Source of the DNA: an uncultured Muribaculaceae bacterium
GTDB lineage: Bacteria; Bacillota_I; Bacilli_A; RF39; UBA660
Reading direction: 5' to 3'
DNA: 64,000 bases
Assembly: GCA_964370755.1 (NCBI GenBank)
Contig: CAYJKL010000002.1
Span: forward strand, 7,712 to 71,711
Shown here piece by piece: positions 58,127-64,000 of the stretch. Within the stretch, counting starts at the first letter, position 1. Every line of letters starts with the position of its first letter. The notes beneath the pieces were generated by a model that was not told the DNA's origin, did no database searches, and worked only from the letters and a program-made list of their open reading frames with translations. The translations under genes and the position numbers were made by a program.

Positions 58127-58543
58127 TTACCAGTTTAAATCTTCATCCATATTATTTTTTTTACTATTTTTGTCCGTTTCTTCAGTAATTTTACCTTGAA
58201 CACTTACATTTTTAGGAGCACAGATATAGATACCTACACCAATTTTTTGCATAGATCCGCCTATTGAATATATACACCCACTCAAAAAGTCAATGATTCT
58301 TTTGGCTTGATCAGAAGTAACACGTTTTAAATTCACTACAACACTGTTTCTATTTTTAAGGTGATCTGCTATTTGTTGTGCTTCTGAAAATGCTCTTGGT
58401 TCTAGTAAAATCATCTTATTACCAGTCTTATTAGCTTCTTTTATAGCATCTGATTCACTCATATTGTAAAATTCTTCTTCACTTCCAACTTGAGTTTCGT
58501 CGTCTTCCTCACTGAACATTTTTTTTAAACTTTTTAAGGCCAT
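58127..58543 (-). CDS. sepF: Cell division protein SepF
   Basis: C-terminal SepF domain (LLEPRAFSEAQQIADHLKNRNSVVVNLKRV...DFLSGCIYSIGGSMQKIG). Confidence 0.85.
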   Translation of the reverse strand: MALKSLKKMFSEEDDETQVGSEEEFYNMSESDAIKEANKTGNKMILLEPRAFSEAQQIADHLKNRNSVVVNLKRVTSDQAKRIIDFLSGCIYSIGGSMQKIGVGIYICAPKNVSVQGKITEETDKNSKKNNMDEDLNW

Positions 58544-58701
58544 AATCTATCTCCTATCATCTTACTATATTATCATATCAAAAAAAGGAGCGAAATACAA
58601 CTCATTTTATATTATTTTTTAAAATAATCACTTTTTTCTAAATTAAATATTTTTTTTGTACGTTATATTTATTAATTAGAACAAAAAAAGCCGAACATCA
58701 A

Positions 58702-58998
58702 CTATTTTTGATAGTTAAGTTCAGACCTTCTTTCTATTAATATTTTATATCTTTCATCACAATGCCTAATTTGAGTCATGAAAAGTTCTAATATTGTTTC
58801 AAACTCTTCCTTTTCTTGAAATTCATCAGCGCTTATTTCAGAGCATAATTTCAAATTATATTGTAGTATTTTTTTTCTATACTCTACAATACTTTTACAC
58901 AAATAATGAATTTTAAAACTAATGTTTACAATTTCTCCATCAATTTTTTCTATATCCTTATTTATTTTATAATCATTAAAATCTATTACTCTTTTCAT
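58702..58998 (-). CDS. Hypothetical 98-aa protein
   Basis: ORF only. Confidence 0.4.
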   Translation of the reverse strand: MKRVIDFNDYKINKDIEKIDGEIVNISFKIHYLCKSIVEYRKKILQYNLKLCSEISADEFQEKEEFETILELFMTQIRHCDERYKILIERRSELNYQK

Positions 58999-59013
58999 AT
59001 ATATTATATTTCC

Positions 59014-59355
59014 TTATTTATTTCTACTTGCAATACGTTCTTGATTAGCTCTTAATTTTGCAGTTTCATTTATTTTTATAGCTTCCATTATAATTTTTAC
59101 CATGTTGTTCTTTTTTTCAACACTAACATTTCTATAAATCGCTGGCAATAAATAAACTGTACCCTGCAAATTATTACTTGATGACCTTATGTTATTTCCT
59201 AGAACTTGTGCATGTGGTATTTTATTTTTTTCTGATTTTACTTCTGCATATATAGAATTTAAAGCTTGCATACCTATTTCATTAATAACATACTGAAATT
59301 TGGAATGCACTAAACGCTCAAAATTTTCTTCACTTACTACTGTTTTGTTTTCCAT
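59014..59355 (-). CDS. Hypothetical 113-aa protein
   Basis: ORF only; 2-nt gap to the upstream SPFH gene. Confidence 0.4.
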   Translation of the reverse strand: MENKTVVSEENFERLVHSKFQYVINEIGMQALNSIYAEVKSEKNKIPHAQVLGNNIRSSSNNLQGTVYLLPAIYRNVSVEKKNNMVKIIMEAIKINETAKLRANQERIASRNK

Positions 59356-59358
59356 TTT

Positions 59359-60135
59359 TTATTTCTTTACTACTGTGTCCACTATTTTTTTAGCTACTGC
59401 TTGTCCACTAGAATTTTCAAATGCTCTTAATACTTCAATTGGAATTGCAAATATAACTGTATTTGATTGATCGCTTGATAAATCATTAAGTGTTGCAAGT
59501 GTTCTAAGGTGTAGTGCTCCTGGAGTAGATCCCATTATATTTGCAGCATTAGCTAAGTTTTCAGATGCTTCAACTTCACCTTGTGCTTTAGTAATAATTG
59601 CAGCTTTTTCTCTTTCTGCTTCAGCCACTTTAGCAATAACTCTTTTCATCTCTTCTGGAAGAGAAATATCTTTAAGTTCAACGTTTTCTACTTTTACTCC
59701 CCATGGGTCTGTAGCAGCATCGATAATTGCACAAATTTCTGTTGAAATTTTTTGTCTTTCACTAAGTAACTCATCTAAAGATACAGAACCTACTGCATTT
59801 CTCATTGTTGTTTGTGCAAGTTGTGATACTGCATGAAAGAAGTTTTCTACCGCTAGTATTGATTTACTTGCATCAGTAACTTTAAAGTAAATTACTGCGT
59901 TTATTTTAACTGATACATTATCTTTTGTAATAGCTTCTTGCTCAGGCACGTCAACTGCTTTAGTTCTGATATCAACTTTACTGTAACTTTGAATTACCGG
60001 TAAGATTATTCTCCAACCTGGTTCCATAATCGAACTAAACTTACCAAACGTAAATTTAACTCCTCTTTCATATTCATTAATTTGTCTAATTGATGTTAAG
60101 ATAATAATAATTATCCCTATAATAATAATTTCCAT
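59359..60135 (-). CDS. SPFH/band-7 (stomatin/prohibitin-like) membrane protein
   Basis: N-terminal TM, then RQINEYERGVKFTFGKF...IDIRTKAVDVPEQEAITKDNVSVKINAVIYFKV, an SPFH core. Confidence 0.85.
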   Translation of the reverse strand: MEIIIIGIIIIILTSIRQINEYERGVKFTFGKFSSIMEPGWRIILPVIQSYSKVDIRTKAVDVPEQEAITKDNVSVKINAVIYFKVTDASKSILAVENFFHAVSQLAQTTMRNAVGSVSLDELLSERQKISTEICAIIDAATDPWGVKVENVELKDISLPEEMKRVIAKVAEAEREKAAIITKAQGEVEASENLANAANIMGSTPGALHLRTLATLNDLSSDQSNTVIFAIPIEVLRAFENSSGQAVAKKIVDTVVKK

Positions 60136-60152
60136 TTTTTACCTCTTTCTTT

Positions 60153-61529
60153 CTAAATTTCTATTTTTTTACTAATATATGCTTCAAGCTCATTAATATT
60201 AAGTTTAATTTGCTCCATTGTATCTCTATCTCTAATAGTTACAATGTCATGTTCAAGCGTTTCATCATCTATTGTTATTGCAAACGGAGTCCCAACTGCA
60301 TCACTTCTTCTGTATCTTTTACCTATAGAACCAGCCTCATCATATGAACACATAAACTTTTTACAAAGAATAGCGTATACATCATTTGCTTTTTCTGAAT
60401 GATACTTTTTAACAAGTGGAAGAATTGTTACTTTGTAAGGTGCAAGTGCTGGATGAAGTTTTAATATTTCACGCTCTTCACCATTTTCAAGTTCTTCTTT
60501 ATTATATGCATCAGTAAGTACTGCTAAAAGTAATCTATCAAGTCCTACTGATGGTTCAATAACAAATGGCAAATATTTTTCCTTAGTTTCTTCATCTAAA
60601 ACTCTTAAGTCTTGACCTGAGTGTTTCATATGTACATCTAGGTCATAATCAGTTCTATCTGCAATACCCCAAAGTTCTCCCCATCCATTTGGATAACGAT
60701 ACTCTATATCTGTTGTTGCTTTACTATAAAATGATAATTCATCTTCTTTATGATCACGAAGTTTAATATTCTCACTTCTAATACCTAAAGTTTTTAAGAA
60801 ATCTACACAATAATTTTTCCAGTAACCAAACCATTCTAAATCTGTATTGGGTTTACAAAAAAATTCCATTTCCATTTGCTCAAATTCTCTAGTTCTAAAA
60901 ATAAAGTTCCCTGGAGTAATTTCATTTCTAAATGATTTACCTGTTTGACAAACACCAAATGGTAATTTAAGTCTCATAGATCTTTCAATATTTTTGAAAT
61001 TTACAAATATACCTTGTGCAGTTTCCCCTCTAAGATAAACTGTATTTTTACTTTCTTCAGTAACACCAATGCTAGTTTCAAATAAAAGATTAAATTTTCT
61101 GATTTCTGTATAATCAAGTTTACCACATTTAGGACACACTATATTATTTTCGCTTATATATTTTTCAAGTCTTTCATTGTCCCAGCCGTCACCTGTTTCA
61201 GCACCTTCGCTATGCTCTTCAACTAGTTTATCTGCTCTATGTCTTGACTTACAAGCTTTACAATCTATAAGTGGGTCTGCAAATGATGCAACATGACCAG
61301 ATGCAACCCAAACATTTGGATTCATAAGTATTGCAGCATCAAGTCCATAGTTAAATGGGTTTTCTTGAATAAACTTTTTCTTCCAAGTATTTCTAATATT
61401 TTCTTTTAGAAGTGTTCCAAGAGGTCCGTAATCCCACGTATTAGATAAACCACCGTAAATTTCACTTCCTTGAAAAATATAACCATACTGTTTACAATAA
61501 TTAGTTAATTCATCCATTGTTAATTTCAT
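60153..61529 (-). CDS. glyQS: Glycine--tRNA ligase, dimeric (alpha2) type
   Basis: YGYIFQGSEIYGGLSNTWDYGPLG is the hallmark N-terminus of dimeric GlyRS, with class II motifs. Probable start MKLTMDEL with RBS GAGGAGTGAG. The ORF-track TTG extension is unsupported. Confidence 0.9.
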   Translation of the reverse strand: MKLTMDELTNYCKQYGYIFQGSEIYGGLSNTWDYGPLGTLLKENIRNTWKKKFIQENPFNYGLDAAILMNPNVWVASGHVASFADPLIDCKACKSRHRADKLVEEHSEGAETGDGWDNERLEKYISENNIVCPKCGKLDYTEIRKFNLLFETSIGVTEESKNTVYLRGETAQGIFVNFKNIERSMRLKLPFGVCQTGKSFRNEITPGNFIFRTREFEQMEMEFFCKPNTDLEWFGYWKNYCVDFLKTLGIRSENIKLRDHKEDELSFYSKATTDIEYRYPNGWGELWGIADRTDYDLDVHMKHSGQDLRVLDEETKEKYLPFVIEPSVGLDRLLLAVLTDAYNKEELENGEEREILKLHPALAPYKVTILPLVKKYHSEKANDVYAILCKKFMCSYDEAGSIGKRYRRSDAVGTPFAITIDDETLEHDIVTIRDRDTMEQIKLNINELEAYISKKIEI

Positions 61530-61556
61530 TTTCTCACTCCTCATATAAATATTATA

Positions 61557-61580
61557 CAAAAAAACTGCACAAATGTACAG
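61557..61580 (-). terminator. Terminator of the Fic-like gene (ACTGTACA-TTTG-TGCAGT + T7) abutting the glyQS -10/RBS
   Basis: Minus strand reads AAAACTGTACATTTGTGCAGTTTTTTTGTATAAT. Confidence 0.6.
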
Positions 61581-61595
61581 TTTTAAATACGTAAA

Positions 61596-62258
61596 TTAGT
61601 TTAATTTTATTAAACACTCTTCTAAAAATTTTATAATGTCTTTACTATCATCTGTTTCATAATAATTAATTAGTAAATCTCTAAAGTAATCTATCTTATC
61701 TTTACTTAGTATTAAGATACCTAAAGAATTTGATACAAAATAATGATTAGCAAATATTACCGCAGTTCTTTTATTACCATCTAAAAATATTTGTTTTTTC
61801 ATCACATATAATAAAAGCATAATTCCTTTTTCTACGCTTGCCACTCCATCTGTAATAATACTTAAATCTTCTTTAATTTGACTTTCAATTGGAATAGGTG
61901 GAATATAACTACTGCCTCCTATTTTTACAGGCACACTTCTAAGTCTTCCTGCATTATAATAAAATCCACCCTCAACAAATTTATTTATAGCCATAAGCAT
62001 ACTTATATTACTTTTCTCAAGTACTATATTTTCATCAAGTATATATTCCCATGCTCTTTTTAAATTTATTATTTTCATGACATCTATTGCAGTTATATTT
62101 TTTACCTTTGCGCCCATTATAATATCTTCTGTGTCTTTGTATGTTACTGATATTCCTTCAAGTACTGCTTGACTATAAATACTATCAATTAAATACTTAT
62201 TAGCAATATCAATATTTAATTTTATTAATTCTTCATTTTCTTCTTTATCACTTATCAT
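61596..62258 (-). CDS. Fic/Doc-fold protein with a degenerate active-site motif (QIFLDGNKRTA instead of HxFx[DE]GN[GK]R)
   Basis: The FLDGNKRTAVIFANHYF segment is the Fic/Doc core; the catalytic His position is Gln. Confidence 0.6.
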   Translation of the reverse strand: MISDKEENEELIKLNIDIANKYLIDSIYSQAVLEGISVTYKDTEDIIMGAKVKNITAIDVMKIINLKRAWEYILDENIVLEKSNISMLMAINKFVEGGFYYNAGRLRSVPVKIGGSSYIPPIPIESQIKEDLSIITDGVASVEKGIMLLLYVMKKQIFLDGNKRTAVIFANHYFVSNSLGILILSKDKIDYFRDLLINYYETDDSKDIIKFLEECLIKLN

Positions 62259-62293
62259 AGTCTAACCTTTCTATATATTTTATAAAATAAAAA

Positions 62294-62333
62294 TGTGAAC
62301 TTTTTTATTGTTTTTTGTCATAAAAAGTTCACA
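62294..62333 (-). terminator. Terminator of the AAA/DUF4143 gene (12-bp stems TGTGAACTTTTT / AAAAAGTTCACA + U-run)
   Basis: Read directly from the sequence. Confidence 0.6.
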
Positions 62334-62339
62334 CTTTAC

Positions 62340-63665
62340 TTAATAATTATTTTTAACTATATCATCTACTAAACAAAACACTGCGTAAAGAGGTATGCTT
62401 TTAATGTTGTTTTCAAATCCAAAATTTTTAGTAGATATTCTAATACTGTAAGCTGGGTTATATTTATTTATGTATTCATTTAAACTTTTTGATTTAGTAT
62501 TATCTTTACTTTTAACCTCAACTGGTATCACCTTGTTTTGATCCGTTAATATAAAATCAACTTCTGCTGTTCTTTCGCTTGACCAGTAATATAGTTTAAG
62601 ACCTTTATTTACAAACTCATTTGCTACATAATTTTCTGTTATAGCACCTTTATACATAAACTCATCATCTAGTAAAATATTTGAAAAGTTTAAATTACTA
62701 ATTCTTGTTAATATTCCAACATCACTTAAATACATTTTAAAGTTATATTCATCTTTATATACCTCAACTGGTATATTTGGAACTTTTATATTATTACTTT
62801 TTAGTACTAAGTTTGATGAGATTAGCCAATCTAATGATGATTCATATTTACTTTTCTTAGAGCCTTCTTCAACTTCAGAATATTTAAACTTGTTATTTTC
62901 ATTACCAAGTTGCAAGTTTATACTTCTATAAACTTTTTCGTTTTTTATACTTTCATTTTTATTTAGAGTGTATTTGCTCATATCAGCTATGTACATATCA
63001 ATTATATTTGATAGAATACTTTTATCATATAAAAGTATGTCTTTTTCTTTATTAATGTAATCACTAACTGACTCTGGCATTCCACCTATACAAAGATAGT
63101 TTCTATATATGTTTATAGCTTTTTCGTGTAAAAATTTTTCAAGTGGTTCGTTTTTGGCAAAACAATTTTTAATTTTATCTACTAATAGTTCTTCTCCTGT
63201 TGCTAGTAAAAACTCTTCAAAATTCATCGGATACATATATTCCATTTGAACTTTACCAACTGGAAAAGAATTATTAAATCTATTTATTTTAACTCCAAGT
63301 AAACTTCCCGCACATATAATATTTATTTTTTTATTATATTCACAAAAATATTTAAGTGCCATTATAAATCTTTCACTAACTTGCACTTCATCAAAGAAAA
63401 ACACACTTTTATCTAAATCTATCTTTTTAGCAAGTTTTAACTCTAGTAGTTCTAATACTTCTTCTATATTAATAGTTTTTTCAAAGATTTCCCTAAGCCA
63501 AGTTTCTTGTTCTATATTAAAGTAATAATAATCTTCATAATTTTCCTTACAAAATTTATTGATTAAATATGTTTTTCCGATTTGTCTAACCCCAATAACC
63601 ATTAAAGGTTTATGATTTGTATTATTTTTCCATGCATACAATTTTTCTTCAAATAATCTTTTCAT
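62340..63665 (-). CDS. AAA+ ATPase with C-terminal DUF4143 (AAA_14 + DUF4143 family)
   Basis: Walker A GVRQIGKTYL, Walker B VFFFDEVQ, and the typical family N-terminus MKRLFEEKLYAW. Confidence 0.75.
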   Translation of the reverse strand: MKRLFEEKLYAWKNNTNHKPLMVIGVRQIGKTYLINKFCKENYEDYYYFNIEQETWLREIFEKTINIEEVLELLELKLAKKIDLDKSVFFFDEVQVSERFIMALKYFCEYNKKINIICAGSLLGVKINRFNNSFPVGKVQMEYMYPMNFEEFLLATGEELLVDKIKNCFAKNEPLEKFLHEKAINIYRNYLCIGGMPESVSDYINKEKDILLYDKSILSNIIDMYIADMSKYTLNKNESIKNEKVYRSINLQLGNENNKFKYSEVEEGSKKSKYESSLDWLISSNLVLKSNNIKVPNIPVEVYKDEYNFKMYLSDVGILTRISNLNFSNILLDDEFMYKGAITENYVANEFVNKGLKLYYWSSERTAEVDFILTDQNKVIPVEVKSKDNTKSKSLNEYINKYNPAYSIRISTKNFGFENNIKSIPLYAVFCLVDDIVKNNY

Positions 63666-63720
63666 ATTTCCTCCACAATAATAATATACTACATTTTTCA
63701 GTAAAAATCAACTTTTTTTG

Positions 63721-63819
63721 TTAAAAATTACTATTTTTGCAACGAATAATTTGTTAAAAATTACTATTTTTGCAACGAATAATTTGTTGAAAATTACTAT
63801 TTTCGCAACGAATGTTAGT
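63721..63819. repeat. Three tandem direct repeats of 33 bp (TTAAAAATTACTATTTTTGCAACGAATAATTTG x2, third copy degenerate) immediately upstream of the AAA-ATPase promoter
   Basis: Copies 1 and 2 are identical; copy 3 has ~5 mismatches and overlaps the stop of the upstream deacetylase-like gene. A TTGATT-18-TATATT promoter and a GGAGG RBS follow. Confidence 0.8.
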
Positions 63820-64000
63820 TTATGTAGTTAATAAATTCATTCATAGTAGTGTAACTAAACATAGTTATTCTTGGAATTTTAAACTTATCTACTCCACGTG
63901 TTACACTTGTCATGCTGCCTCTATAAGCTGTTTTAAAACCAGCTTCTTTAAGAACTTCTATTGTATAATCATTGTACTCAAAAAATGGATAAGCAAATGA
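63815..64000 (-). CDS. C-terminal 61 aa of a polysaccharide-deacetylase-like protein (N-terminus beyond the window end)
   Basis: Minus-strand translation …SFAYPFFEYNDYTIEVLKEAGFKTAYRGSMTSVTRGVDKFKIPRITMFSYTT…* resembles carbohydrate-esterase-4 C-termini. Partial, so not in the ORF track. Confidence 0.4.
   Translation of the reverse strand, partial: SFAYPFFEYNDYTIEVLKEAGFKTAYRGSMTSVTRGVDKFKIPRITMFSYTTMNEFINYIN

Noticed and set aside
57668-58138. Plus-strand 156-aa ORF overlapping divIVA, and similar antisense ORFs (4083-4286, 13304-13642, 13998-14294, 15941-16270, 25776-26141, 38055-38348, 43219-43491 and others)
   Set aside because: All are embedded antisense in well-supported minus-strand genes. 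They are Ser/Leu/Phe-rich with low complexity and have no RBS. I treated them as shadow ORFs.
61530-61600. T-box riboswitch upstream of glyQS
   Set aside because: Only ~36 nt separate the glyQS start from the Fic-like gene stop. That is far too short for a T-box (~200+ nt), and no specifier/T-box sequence is evident.
63717-63819. Possible CRISPR array
   Set aside because: The repeats are directly abutting with no unique spacers, there are only three copies, and no cas genes are present. I classified it as a promoter-proximal tandem repeat instead.

Overview
This is a very AT-rich (~28-30% GC by eye) chromosomal segment from an endospore-forming, low-GC Firmicute. The spoIVA, spoIIP and spoVIF homologs are unmistakable. 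About 90% of the genes are on the minus strand with tight or overlapping junctions.

Core genes I recognise: pepF (partial), dnaK-grpE-hrcA with its sigma-A promoter and CIRCE operator, fmt, frr, a CDP-alcohol phosphatidyltransferase, hup, spoIVA, spoVIF, pyrP-upp, der, engB, spoIIP, rpsT, miaA, tmcAL, tRNA-Arg(CCG), rseP, cdsA, divIVA, sepF, an SPFH protein, and the dimeric-type glyQS.

Accessory blocks sit between these:

1. A ~10.4 kb minus-strand cluster (18367-28807) encodes giant secreted proteins. Three of them carry SipW-cognate (TasA/camelysin-like) N-terminal signal peptides. One has an FGE-sulfatase-like C-terminal domain and one has beta-helix-type repeats. They sit beside a coupled lipoprotein-YibE/F-like-surface protein trio, with no sipW gene in the window. 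The block also contains a localized GC-rich patch and a nested hairpin. I consider this the best candidate for an undescribed fibre or surface-assembly system.

2. A two-gene operon (5495-9202) pairs a metallophosphoesterase with a 929-aa cytoplasmic protein that has LRR-like repeats. It is followed by a translationally coupled membrane protein and M23 peptidase pair.

3. An unknown 169-aa gene is wedged, translationally coupled, between grpE and dnaK inside the CIRCE/HrcA operon.

4. A Bce-like peptide-antibiotic sensing and detoxification module (35692-42001) combines an ABC ATPase, an 845-aa FtsX permease, a LiaF-like protein, an OmpR-type RR, an HK and an extra P-loop kinase.

5. Two transglutaminase-like genes flank a 503-aa unknown gene.

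6. A DUF3800 gene with no SD is jammed against the tRNA-Arg terminator.

7. A Fic-like protein with a degenerate motif sits beside an AAA/DUF4143 ATPase, which has three tandem 33-bp repeats ahead of its promoter.

There are no CRISPR arrays, rRNA genes or obvious transposases. Coordinates that I located by reading rather than from the ORF track may be off by 1-2 nt.
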